IMG/VR virus record: IMGVR_UViG_3300013125_000003
Span: 32,001-96,000 of that record
Reading direction: 5' to 3' (one strand)
DNA: 64,000 nucleotides
Origin: a virus
A program made the translations under genes and the position numbers. Positions 27,386 through 36,447 of this stretch are shown here, one piece after another; the stretch's first letter is position 1; every line of letters begins with the position of its first letter. Under the pieces are notes generated by a model. It searched no databases. It was not told the DNA's origin and saw only the letters and a list, made by a program, of their open reading frames with translations.

Positions 27386-29368
27386 TTGACTAGTACACAG
27401 ATCGGACTTAAAGACCCGGCACTTCTCCAGCAGGACGTAGTCCTCATTTTGGAGAGAGCGAACCAGCCTTTAGGTGTTTCTAAAAACGCCAACGGTGACA
27501 TCATACTGGAAGGGACCTGCGCGGTCTTCGGAAAGATGAATGACAATCACCGAGTGTACGAAAAGCAAGAGTACCTTCCTCACCTGAGTTACCTCATGGA
27601 AAAGATCAAGAAGGGACAGCTTTTCGGCGAGTTAGACCATCCTCAAAGCTTCGACGTTTCTCTAAAGAACGTCTCCCACACAATCGAATCCCTAACTTAC
27701 GACGAACCTTCTAACAGCGTTAAGATCCGACTAAGAGTTCTAGACACACCGAGCGGTAGGATAGCTAAGACCCTAGTGGAAGCAGGATGCACGATTTCCA
27801 GCTCCTCAAGAGCAGCTGGTCAAGTCCTGGAAAGTGGCAAAGTCAAGCTTCATAAGATATTCACGTACGACCTGGTGGCTGAACCTGGTTTCAACGAAGC
27901 TACCTTATCACAGGTAGCTGAGAACCTGCAAGGAAATTACACAATGCTTTTCGAATCACTGAGCACCCTGAAGGCGAATTCCATCACAAATTCGCTTGTG
28001 GACATCTCAGAAAGCTTCGATTTCGAGAATTCTGTGCGGGTTTACAAAATAAATAATCCAAACATTCAGACTCCACAAAATAACGAAAAGCAAATGGCTA
28101 ATGACTTTGTAACAAAAGAGGAAATGAATCAGTACTCACAGGTTGTTAAGAAAAGGTTTCAGACTCTTCAGGAAAAAATCAACCAGAACAACACTGATTT
28201 ACTAGCTCTTGGTGAAAAGGCCGATCAGGACCCAGTGACGGAGAAGCTCATTCAGTTCACCAACTACTTAGCTGGTGAAATGGAACAGATCGTCGAGTTT
28301 ACCAACTACCTGGCCACCATGCTTAACAAGGGAATAGGTTACACCGAGCACGTTGCCGAAAAGGTAAACAACGTGATCGATTACTCAGACTACTTGGCAG
28401 GCATGACGGAACAGAATATCGCCTTCTCAAACTACTTGAGCGAAAAGCTGAACCAGGGTCTCAACTACACCGAGTACGTTGGCGAGATGACGGAAAAGAG
28501 CATCAAGTTCGGAAACTACCTAGCTGAACAGCTGGATAAGGGAATTCAGTACACCGAGTACGTTGCTGAAAAAGCATCGCAAGGTCTGAACTTCTCGAAT
28601 TACTTGGCACAGAACATCAACGAAGCCATTAAGTACGCTGAGTACCTGGGCGGTAACATTAAGAAAGGTATCGCGTACACGGAATACATCGCTGAAACGA
28701 TGAACCAGAAGGTTGGAGCCGGAGCAATGGCTAAGACTCGCAAGCTTCTATCTGATGTAGCTGCTCTCAACGAGAGTGTCGATCACTCAGTTAACGAAGC
28801 TTCCCCAGTCGATGATCTAGTCTCAGCGGTAGATGGAATACTTTCAAACATCAAGTCAAACACGGCTAACGCAGTCCTTGAAAATAAGTACCCGTTCCTG
28901 AAACTCCTCACCGAGGAAAACAAAAAGAAATTTTACGCGCTTGACCCGGAAATCAAAACAGCAGTCGTTGAAACTCTACGTGGAGCGGTGTTCTTCAACG
29001 AAGGTGATGTCATTGGCATCATAGAAGCTGTCATGAACAAGCAGGAAGAAAATACACCTATCTACATCAGGTTCATGCCGGATAAGTACAAGGCTGTTTA
29101 CGAACAGATGAATGACAACGAGAAAAATTGGATCGCTGCTCAAGCTTCTACAGTTCACATCAACACGCCTTACCAAGCTAAAGCGTTCTGGGATTCTCGC
29201 GATCTCAGAGGAATTCACGAAAGAATTGCACAAAGTGCAAGTATAGATAACTCAGTTAACGAAAACCAAGGTAAAGAGGGTTTCATCTCGTTACAAGCAG
29301 TAAACGAAAGCGTACGAGGATATTCTAACTCGTACATTGAGTCTCTCAAACGCAGAGCAAACTCATAA
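27386..29368 (+). CDS. Prohead protease (gp21-like) fused to a scaffold (gp22-like) domain
   Basis: GELDHP, SSRAAG and YDLVAEPGF protease motifs; helical repeat C-terminus; precedes the capsid gene. Likely TTG start at 27386. Confidence 0.85.
   Translation: MTSTQIGLKDPALLQQDVVLILERANQPLGVSKNANGDIILEGTCAVFGKMNDNHRVYEKQEYLPHLSYLMEKIKKGQLFGELDHPQSFDVSLKNVSHTIESLTYDEPSNSVKIRLRVLDTPSGRIAKTLVEAGCTISSSSRAAGQVLESGKVKLHKIFTYDLVAEPGFNEATLSQVAENLQGNYTMLFESLSTLKANSITNSLVDISESFDFENSVRVYKINNPNIQTPQNNEKQMANDFVTKEEMNQYSQVVKKRFQTLQEKINQNNTDLLALGEKADQDPVTEKLIQFTNYLAGEMEQIVEFTNYLATMLNKGIGYTEHVAEKVNNVIDYSDYLAGMTEQNIAFSNYLSEKLNQGLNYTEYVGEMTEKSIKFGNYLAEQLDKGIQYTEYVAEKASQGLNFSNYLAQNINEAIKYAEYLGGNIKKGIAYTEYIAETMNQKVGAGAMAKTRKLLSDVAALNESVDHSVNEASPVDDLVSAVDGILSNIKSNTANAVLENKYPFLKLLTEENKKKFYALDPEIKTAVVETLRGAVFFNEGDVIGIIEAVMNKQEENTPIYIRFMPDKYKAVYEQMNDNEKNWIAAQASTVHINTPYQAKAFWDSRDLRGIHERIAQSASIDNSVNENQGKEGFISLQAVNESVRGYSNSYIESLKRRANS
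28048..28055 (+). promoter_or_regulatory. Internal late promoter AATAAATA upstream of in-frame ATG 28094
   Basis: Located in the linker between the protease and scaffold domains. Confidence 0.55.
28247..28708 (+). repeat. Eleven tandem 14-aa scaffold repeats, xIx[YF][TS][EN]Y[LV]AE
   Basis: From LIQFTNYLAGEMEQ to GIAYTEYIAETMNQ with an exact 14-residue period. Confidence 0.85.
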
Positions 29369-29386
29369 AAAAAGCCTCAAAAAACA

Positions 29387-31093
29387 ATGGCATCAGTAAA
29401 AATGTTCAAAAGACTGAACGATGCTTCCCTCAAGGAAACTTGGGTACCTGTTTTGGAAAGTTACGGCGCAGATGAGGCCACTCTAAAGTCTCGTCCTTGG
29501 TTAGTTGACGTTGCTCACTACCACGCAATTTTCGATAACGCTGGTTCTCCAGTTAACGAAGCAGTTGTTCCTGGTCTATTTTACCAGCAGCCGGGTTCTA
29601 TCAGTGCAATGGGTTCCATTCACGCCCCGACTAACGCAATGACTCCGTTCTCCGGTTTTGGAACTGGAACGGCAGCAAAAGGCAGCTACTCGAACTCAGG
29701 TTCAGGGGACAAGTTCCCGAGCTTACTTCCAGTTGCAATCCAGGTTGCAGCAAAGACGATCGGTTTCGACCTCGTCGGCGTTGTTCCTATGGACGCTCCT
29801 GTCGGATTCATTCCTTACCTCGACTACGTCTACCAGGGCGGTAATACCGACACCCAGTACGAACCTTTCGTCATCAAGATCGAAGGAGTCGTCGGATCGA
29901 CCGTTCTAACAGCCGGTGGTACCTTCTCACAGCTTATCAGCGGTGACAACCTAACCGTTTCTGACGGTACTGGTAACCTTACCATCCAGTTCGTTGGATT
30001 CTCCCGTGTTGACGGTGTTGCGATGTTCAAAGTTCTGTCAGACTACAGCGACGGAACCAAGAAGATCACGGACTTCATCAAGACCGACGGTGTTTTAACT
30101 ACCGTTACAATCGGTGGTGCAGGATCCGTAAAAACCTACAAGCTGCTCGCAGCTAACGTACCTGGTCTCGCATCAGCTCTAGAAAACCACATCTCTGGTT
30201 TTACCACGACTAGCGATGACGACTACGCTACTCAGCCGTGGAACGGACCATTCCTTGGAGCAAACGGAACTCAGTACGAAGGTATGAAGAGGGAAGTTGC
30301 GGAAGTTTCCAAGTTCCGCCAGATGGGTCTGAAGATGTTCACCAAGTTCGTCGAAGCAAAAGGCGACCAGGTGGCTATCTCAGCATCAGTTGAACAGATC
30401 CAGGACCTTAACAGGGTATGGAACTTCGACGTTATCTCCATGCTGGAGAACGTTGCTGTCAATGAAGTTGCACAGTCCATCAACAAAAAGCTCGTCGACA
30501 GAGTATTCTCTCTTGGAGCTCTCCACACGACCAACATCAACGCAATTGAAGGTGCTGGTATCACTACACTCGACCTAACCGTTGGTTCAGGTTTCGAAAA
30601 CATCTCAACGTTACAGCGTAGGGTCGTTACCAAGATCCTCGAAATGGCTAACCTGATTTATCACAGGGGCCGTTTTGGAGCTGCTACCCACATCGTTACC
30701 AACGGTCGTGTAGCATCCGCTCTCGCAGACGTTGCAGGTTACACCTTCGCACCGTTCAACAACGACCTGCCGTCAGGACCTGGTCAGCTTCACCCAGCAG
30801 GTAAAGTTCACGGTCTGACTGTGTACGTCGATCCTAACCTGAAATTCGGAGACAACCGTATCCACATCGGACGTAAGGGTGCTGACGAAGAACCTGGTGT
30901 AAAGTTCCTACCTTACATCATGGCAGAATCGCTGCAGACTATTTCCGAAGGTACCTTCTCACCGAAGATCGGTCTCAAATCGAGGTACGCTATCACGGAA
31001 GCAGGATGGCACCCGGAAACTCAGTACATCACCCTGACCGTCGCTGGTCTTGGCGTTCTGACCGGATCCGTCGCTCCGTCGGCTGGTTACTAA
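29387..31093 (+). CDS. Major capsid protein (gp23-like)
   Basis: DLVGVVPMDAPVG, VYVDP, FLPYI and FSPKIGLKSRYA are T4 gp23-family signatures. Confidence 0.92.
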   Translation: MASVKMFKRLNDASLKETWVPVLESYGADEATLKSRPWLVDVAHYHAIFDNAGSPVNEAVVPGLFYQQPGSISAMGSIHAPTNAMTPFSGFGTGTAAKGSYSNSGSGDKFPSLLPVAIQVAAKTIGFDLVGVVPMDAPVGFIPYLDYVYQGGNTDTQYEPFVIKIEGVVGSTVLTAGGTFSQLISGDNLTVSDGTGNLTIQFVGFSRVDGVAMFKVLSDYSDGTKKITDFIKTDGVLTTVTIGGAGSVKTYKLLAANVPGLASALENHISGFTTTSDDDYATQPWNGPFLGANGTQYEGMKREVAEVSKFRQMGLKMFTKFVEAKGDQVAISASVEQIQDLNRVWNFDVISMLENVAVNEVAQSINKKLVDRVFSLGALHTTNINAIEGAGITTLDLTVGSGFENISTLQRRVVTKILEMANLIYHRGRFGAATHIVTNGRVASALADVAGYTFAPFNNDLPSGPGQLHPAGKVHGLTVYVDPNLKFGDNRIHIGRKGADEEPGVKFLPYIMAESLQTISEGTFSPKIGLKSRYAITEAGWHPETQYITLTVAGLGVLTGSVAPSAGY

Positions 31094-31122
31094 GAACTAA
31101 TAACACCTTAATTGGTGATACT

Positions 31123-31150
31123 AAAAGGGCTCCGTTTGGAGCCCTTTTTT
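31123..31150 (+). terminator. Intrinsic terminator
   Basis: GGGCTCC-GTTT-GGAGCCC hairpin followed by T6. Confidence 0.88.
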
Positions 31151-31170
31151 AGTTTTGTAAGATTGACACT

Positions 31171-31178
31171 GATAAATA
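31171..31178 (+). promoter_or_regulatory. Late promoter GATAAATA
   Basis: Motif match upstream of the ATG at 31205. Confidence 0.7.
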
Positions 31179-31204
31179 ACTTAGCGAGCGATCGCGGTAA
31201 AAAA

Positions 31205-31633
31205 ATGAAAAACGACATGACTAAGTCTGTTCTGAGCTACGACGAGTTTATCCTAGAAAAGAAGATGAACCAGGAACTGTCAAAGGGAGCTCCGGCTAAA
31301 GGAAACAAAATTACCAAGCAGGTTGACGACGAAACGTCAGACCTTCCAGCAGGAAAGGGAAAAGCTACCCAGAAAACGGTAAAGCCTAACATGGCTGACA
31401 TGCCTAAGGGTAAGGGAAAAACGATCGCAAAGAGCGTTAAACCTGGAACCACAACTCTTCCGACGAAGAAAGGTTCTGCCCCTAAGAAGATGGTCGACAC
31501 CAAGGCCGAGACCAAGTTGGTCATCAAGGGAAAACCGATCAACAAAGAAGTTAAACCAGAAATGGCAAAGCTCCCGATCGGATCGGTAAAACCTAACCCG
31601 GCAGTTAAGAAGGTATCTCCTCTTAAAAAATAA
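31205..31633 (+). CDS. Lys/Pro-rich repeat protein, putative internal DNA-binding virion protein
   Basis: VLSYDEFILE motif followed by ~19-aa repeats of the LP..KGK...K.VKP type. Confidence 0.7.
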   Translation: MKNDMTKSVLSYDEFILEKKMNQELSKGAPAKGNKITKQVDDETSDLPAGKGKATQKTVKPNMADMPKGKGKTIAKSVKPGTTTLPTKKGSAPKKMVDTKAETKLVIKGKPINKEVKPEMAKLPIGSVKPNPAVKKVSPLKK

Positions 31634-31644
31634 GCGAAGCTCTA

Positions 31645-32136
31645 ATGGGAAATAAGAACACGAAAGCTTACGCAACCTTCGAAGCGTTCGACAATGACGA
31701 AGCTAACGAACTTCGGCTGAACAACAACTTGGACGATCCGATCGAAGTTGTTTTTCGTGAAGGCCGGATGGGCTTGTCAAACGAGGACGACCCGGACACG
31801 GCGTACAGAAAAGGACTGGAAGACATGTACCATTACATGCTATCAAAGGTCGTTCCTGAAGTAGACGAGAACATCGTTACTGAGGAAAATTCTCTGAAGA
31901 CGCTCGTAGGAAAATCCGACGACGAAGAGCTCGACCTGGACGATGCTAGAACGATAGGAAAGAAGATCTCCAAGATGCACGGTGACGATCGCAAGAAATT
32001 CATCGGAATCGTTAACTTCATGGGAGCATCCTGCCGAATCTACAACGAGATCTGGGCAAACTACAAGCCGGTCGACCCTACCAAGAAGAAATCGAACAAG
32101 GGAAAAGAGTTCCGCGGGGACAAAGAAATAGGTTAA
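31645..32136 (+). CDS. Hypothetical protein
   Basis: 163-aa ORF in the late operon; weak YATFEAF motif. Confidence 0.65.
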   Translation: MGNKNTKAYATFEAFDNDEANELRLNNNLDDPIEVVFREGRMGLSNEDDPDTAYRKGLEDMYHYMLSKVVPEVDENIVTEENSLKTLVGKSDDEELDLDDARTIGKKISKMHGDDRKKFIGIVNFMGASCRIYNEIWANYKPVDPTKKKSNKGKEFRGDKEIG

Positions 32137-32155
32137 AAATTAATTAATCATACAC

Positions 32156-33109
32156 ATGAAACAATTGATAATGGGTTACTCTCAGTTCGTGAACGAGATG
32201 TACAACGCTAACGAAGAAGCGGCAACTACACCAGCAAACTCGGTTATCCCAGAAGGATTCATCACCCCGGACAACATAACCGACGCAGAAGGAGGAAAAG
32301 CAAAGCTTTCCGAACTTCAGAGCAAGTACGCGTTCAAGCCGGAAAGCAATCCTATCGCTATCGAAAGCTCTGACTTGGTAAAATTCTATCACGGAACGCC
32401 TGGTCCTTTCGCTCAAACCAAGCAACAGGTTCAATCGACAGTTCAGAGCGACATCGCTCAGTACGAGATTCAGAACGCTAAGCAGGCCATCTACTACCGA
32501 ATCCTCAAGGGAAGCGGTTTGGAAGATCCAGCTGCAACGGTTGATGTGGTTGGTGTCCTTGCTGGACCTAACCAAGCTGAGGAAACTCCAGCGGCAACCG
32601 AAACTCCTGCAGCAGAACCTGCTCCAGCACCGGAAGCACCAGTAGCTCAGACCGAACCAGTAAAAGAAGCAAAGACTGATCTTTTAGCTACGTACACTCA
32701 GCAACCGCTGAAGGTCGATCAAGTTCGTGAGATCATGGAAAAATTGCTAGCCGAAGGTTTCGAAAAGCCGGATGGAACTGTGCTTACTCCAGCCGAATTA
32801 CCGGATGGACAGTGGTACTGGTCAAGGTTAGTAGGACGAGATAGAAAGACTAACACCATGCTCCTTCAGAGATCTTTGGAAGCAAAAGCTAGCAGCTTAG
32901 CTGCAAAGAACATGACAACAGTTATGTCGGTTGTTTTAGTAGCACCGATTGGCGCTGACGAAGTTGAAGGAGTCGGTTTCATTTGCATGAACGCTCCAGC
33001 TCAAGCATCAGGAAGCCCAGCCGGAGTACGAGGATTGGAACCAGCTGAAACTCCAGCTACCGCTTCTGGTCCGGTGTACGAAGCAAAGCGCTACATAAGA
33101 AATAAGTAA
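32156..33109 (+). CDS. Hypothetical protein, putative internal virion protein
   Basis: Starts MKQLIMGYSQFVNE; contains Ala/Pro/Glu linkers. Confidence 0.7.
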   Translation: MKQLIMGYSQFVNEMYNANEEAATTPANSVIPEGFITPDNITDAEGGKAKLSELQSKYAFKPESNPIAIESSDLVKFYHGTPGPFAQTKQQVQSTVQSDIAQYEIQNAKQAIYYRILKGSGLEDPAATVDVVGVLAGPNQAEETPAATETPAAEPAPAPEAPVAQTEPVKEAKTDLLATYTQQPLKVDQVREIMEKLLAEGFEKPDGTVLTPAELPDGQWYWSRLVGRDRKTNTMLLQRSLEAKASSLAAKNMTTVMSVVLVAPIGADEVEGVGFICMNAPAQASGSPAGVRGLEPAETPATASGPVYEAKRYIRNK

Positions 33110-33113
33110 GACT

Positions 33114-34175
33114 ATGATAGGCGACGGTGTAATCGCTGAGTCCGTAATCAGCTTCGAAATAACCTGGAAGAATCCAGGGAATGGGGAGCAGCCAAAATGG
33201 GATCAGAACGATCAAAAGATCTATTACCATCAGGCTGACATCTACCCGGACCTGGTGTTCACTAAGGCTCAGGGCATTGCCACGTACTACACCTACACGA
33301 CTATCGACTCGATAATTCACCTTCTAAAGGAAATCGATGCAATCATCGATGAAAAACTCGAATCCGCAGAAGTTTCGGAAGAAGTAAAACAGCTTGGACC
33401 AGCGACCTCCATTCAGAGAGTTGGCCCTACTGGTTTGCAGACGGTACCTCGCGGCGAGATCCAAAAGGTTGGATCGACTGCTCTGCAGAGAGTTCTGCCA
33501 GGAAACACTCAGCTACAAACTGTGCAGAAAGGTCAAGTTCCTGCCACCGTACAAAGGGGTCAAGTTCCAGCAACCGTACAAAGGGGTCAAGTTCCAGCAA
33601 CCGTTCAGAAAGGTCAAGTTCCAGCAGTAATTCAAAAGCAAAGCATTTCGAGTGACCCTGAGCAACCCGTTAAGCCGGATGAAGTAACTAGTGAACCTGA
33701 GCCTAAACAGGGCCAGGAAGCATCTGGTTCGTCCAGAGCTTACACGGTGATAGTCTACGGTAAGGAACTTAAGTTCATAGACGCTCAGCTAACTAGCGCG
33801 AACATCAGAGTGAGACACAGAATCTCAGCTAACCTCTTCAGAAAGATAAACGAAGAGATCGTTGATAACACCAAGAACATCTGGTTGGAAGTTCATTTCG
33901 GTTTGGGAAGAATGGTAAAGATGGAGATGAAAGAATTCGAAACTGAGGACGGTAAAAACCTTCTAGTTCAAGTGCTTCCTACCATTGACATAGTCCTAAC
34001 GCCTGACAAGAACGCGGTAACTCCAAAATCCGAGGAAACCATAAATGTTGAGGATCGGATCAGAAACCTGAAAAGGTTGAGGTACGAGAGGGAAGAAAAT
34101 AGGTTCGACCGATCTAGGACCGAAACTGAAAAGGGAATAAAGCAAGCAGGTTCTTACTGGAAGAAGTCCAAGTGA
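33114..34175 (+). CDS. Hypothetical protein with an internal 10-aa repeat
   Basis: VQ[KR]GQVPA[TV] x4. Confidence 0.65.
   Translation: MIGDGVIAESVISFEITWKNPGNGEQPKWDQNDQKIYYHQADIYPDLVFTKAQGIATYYTYTTIDSIIHLLKEIDAIIDEKLESAEVSEEVKQLGPATSIQRVGPTGLQTVPRGEIQKVGSTALQRVLPGNTQLQTVQKGQVPATVQRGQVPATVQRGQVPATVQKGQVPAVIQKQSISSDPEQPVKPDEVTSEPEPKQGQEASGSSRAYTVIVYGKELKFIDAQLTSANIRVRHRISANLFRKINEEIVDNTKNIWLEVHFGLGRMVKMEMKEFETEDGKNLLVQVLPTIDIVLTPDKNAVTPKSEETINVEDRIRNLKRLRYEREENRFDRSRTETEKGIKQAGSYWKKSK
33522..33630 (+). repeat. 30-nt coding tandem repeat (x4)
   Basis: Repeated unit ca(g/a)a(a/g)(a/g)ggtcaagttcc(t/a)gc(c/a)accgt. Confidence 0.85.
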
Positions 34176-34192
34176 AAATCCTAGAGCTCGCT

Positions 34193-34200
34193 AATAAATA
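34193..34200 (+). promoter_or_regulatory. Late promoter AATAAATA
   Basis: Upstream of the tail tube gene. Confidence 0.7.
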
Positions 34201-34220
34201 AACAAAAAACACAAGACAAG

Positions 34221-34823
34221 ATGGCTGGTCTACCACATTTCAAAAATCACACAGCTGGTCCGAACAGGTACGAACCTATATACCTAAACCAGTTCGAGGT
34301 TATCATTACTCCACCTCCGGCGGTTTCGGCTAAGATCGGTTTCAACAATAACTTAACCCTGGAACACGTTAATAAGGTTGGCCCACTTCCTGAACTAGCA
34401 GGTAACGCAGGCGGACCGCTACAGGTTCAGAGGTACAAATTCGCTGAAAGAGCTTACTCAGCAGCTCGTCCGGCAACTACCCTGCACAAGTTCACTATCG
34501 AGTTCTCGCTAAACTTGAACGAGGATAATGACAACTACATCTACAACGCGTTTAGAGCATGGGCAGACTTGATCTACAACCCAATGACCGGCGCTCAGGG
34601 ATTGAAAAGAGATTACGCAGGAACAACCGCTAACCCAGCAATCGTTCAGATCACGCAGTTTAACAAAGCTGGTCTGATCTTCAGGGAATTCGTTTTCAAT
34701 CCGGTATTCCTAGGACAGGATAAGTTCAACGAACTTCAGTTAGACTACTCTGGAGAAGCTATTGCAACTCTAACTATTCAGTTCGTTGCTGACCGTTACG
34801 TTGAAACCAGAGTTGGTCAGTAA
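34221..34823 (+). CDS. Tail tube protein (gp19-like)
   Basis: NQFEVII, AFRAWADLIYNPMTG..GLKRDYAG, LDYS..IATLTIQF; 200 aa. Confidence 0.75.
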   Translation: MAGLPHFKNHTAGPNRYEPIYLNQFEVIITPPPAVSAKIGFNNNLTLEHVNKVGPLPELAGNAGGPLQVQRYKFAERAYSAARPATTLHKFTIEFSLNLNEDNDNYIYNAFRAWADLIYNPMTGAQGLKRDYAGTTANPAIVQITQFNKAGLIFREFVFNPVFLGQDKFNELQLDYSGEAIATLTIQFVADRYVETRVGQ

Positions 34824-34840
34824 AAACACAGAACCAAGAA

Positions 34841-35542
34841 ATGGACATATTTGACGTAAAAAGAAGAGATTTTCCTAACCTTGATCGGTTTGCCGACCGT
34901 AATGCCAAACCTTTTGGTGGACCAGGTGAAAAAGAAGACTTTCAGGGAAATAAGCGCAAATCCCTTAATAAATATCAAAGAGTGATTGATCGCGACTGGA
35001 AGACTGAAGGCAGCCTTCACAATCCTGTTACGGGAGAAGAAATGTTCCAGCCCAATTACGATAGCGCTTGGCACGCAGTGACAAGCGACAAAGTTAGCAG
35101 AGATGCAAAGAAAAAACCTACTGATGTCATGACAGCAAAAGCAACAATTTTTACACAACCTGTCGAGGAAAACAAGATAATGAGATTCGAACAGTTCGTT
35201 AACGAAAATTTCGAAAATCCAGAAATTGGAAACGAAGAAGAATCAATGCAGCCTGAATACATGCAGACAGAAGAAGTCGACGACCAGGTAAATCTAGAGG
35301 ATGAAATCGATTCCGGATACGAAGTTGACGAAGAACAACTCGAACAGCTCATGGAAGAATACGGAGACGACCTAAACGAATTACTTGACAAGATCGTTAC
35401 CGAAATGGAAATCGAAAAAGAAGAAGCTGGCGAATTACTAGCGGCTGCATTCGAAAAGATTTGCAAGGAAGAAGAAACTGAAGACACCGGCGAGGAAACC
35501 GGCGAGGAAACAGGTGAAGAATCTACCGAAGAAGGAGCATAA
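34841..35542 (+). CDS. Acidic hypothetical protein, putative prohead core/internal protein
   Basis: Internal KIMRFEQFVNE motif; extremely acidic C-terminal half. Confidence 0.65.
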   Translation: MDIFDVKRRDFPNLDRFADRNAKPFGGPGEKEDFQGNKRKSLNKYQRVIDRDWKTEGSLHNPVTGEEMFQPNYDSAWHAVTSDKVSRDAKKKPTDVMTAKATIFTQPVEENKIMRFEQFVNENFENPEIGNEEESMQPEYMQTEEVDDQVNLEDEIDSGYEVDEEQLEQLMEEYGDDLNELLDKIVTEMEIEKEEAGELLAAAFEKICKEEETEDTGEETGEETGEESTEEGA

Positions 35543-35568
35543 CATCAGAAGACTTACTATACACTTAC

Positions 35569-35596
35569 AAAAAAGGGGCTTAACCGCCCCTTTTTT
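35569..35596. terminator. Bidirectional intrinsic terminator
   Basis: A6, GGGGC-TTAACC-GCCCC hairpin, T6, between convergent genes. Confidence 0.85.
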
Positions 35597-35993
35597 ATTG
35601 TGATTTGAGAATCTTTACATGATTTGGAACTCGAAGCTCCCCGTCAAAATCGACCAAGACTGGGTCGAACTGAACGTCAGAGTAAGTTCCTGCCAGAAAA
35701 TCAATGGTGTTCAGTATCGTGTTTGTGGTAAGGTTTGAGTTTATGTAAACGATTCTTTTGTACTTACGGTTCCTAACGTTTATCGCTTTATCGATGATCT
35801 TCTTAATCTCGTAGTTTATCAAAAACGCTTGAATCTTATTCGGAACAACTATCTCGTGAGAGAACTTATCCCTCATGATCTTATTCACGTTCAGCAAGTA
35901 GTCGGACTTACCTTTCTTGTGAAAGACCTGACTGAACTGTTTCTGGTCAGTCACGAATACTACCTGTAAAGCTCTTACTGGATCTTCAATCAT
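35595..35993 (-). CDS. Hypothetical protein
   Basis: 132-aa ORF with ATGA overlap to the deaminase gene. Confidence 0.65.
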   Translation of the reverse strand: MIEDPVRALQVVFVTDQKQFSQVFHKKGKSDYLLNVNKIMRDKFSHEIVVPNKIQAFLINYEIKKIIDKAINVRNRKYKRIVYINSNLTTNTILNTIDFLAGTYSDVQFDPVLVDFDGELRVPNHVKILKSQ

Positions 35994-36445
35994 TCAGCTG
36001 GGTTTAGTTTCTTTATCTCAATTCCGGCTTTCTTTAGCAATTCGAGGCCTGTTATGTCTCGGTACTCTTCTTCGTAAACGAGACGTTTTATTCCAGCTTG
36101 CAGGATTAACTTGCTACACTCAGCGCACGGTGAGCTAGTGATGTACAGGGTTCCACCATCGCAACTCTGGGTTGATTTAGCAACCTTGAGAATAGCGTTA
36201 GCTTCAGCGTGGAGAACGTACCACTTAGTTCTGTAGCCGACAAAATTTCCATTTTCGTCATTGACCACTTCCTCACACTCATTTTCAAAACCGGAAGGAG
36301 TACCGTTGTACCCATCGGATATGATGGAGCCGTTCTTAACTATGAGAGCTCCTACTTTCAAACGCTTCGCGTAAGACAGTTTTGACCACGATTTGGCCAT
36401 TTCCATGTAAACGTGATCAACTAGATCTTGCTTTGCTGGGTTCAT
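35990..36445 (-). CDS. dCMP deaminase
   Basis: KVGALIV, GYNGTPSG, HAEANAI, SPCAEC. Likely ATG at 36445. Confidence 0.92.
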   Translation of the reverse strand: MNPAKQDLVDHVYMEMAKSWSKLSYAKRLKVGALIVKNGSIISDGYNGTPSGFENECEEVVNDENGNFVGYRTKWYVLHAEANAILKVAKSTQSCDGGTLYITSSPCAECSKLILQAGIKRLVYEEEYRDITGLELLKKAGIEIKKLNPAE

Positions 36446-36447
36446 TG

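Noticed and set aside
34968-34975. AATAAATA inside the 34841 gene
   Set aside because: It lies within coding sequence with no nearby start or domain boundary; probably incidental.
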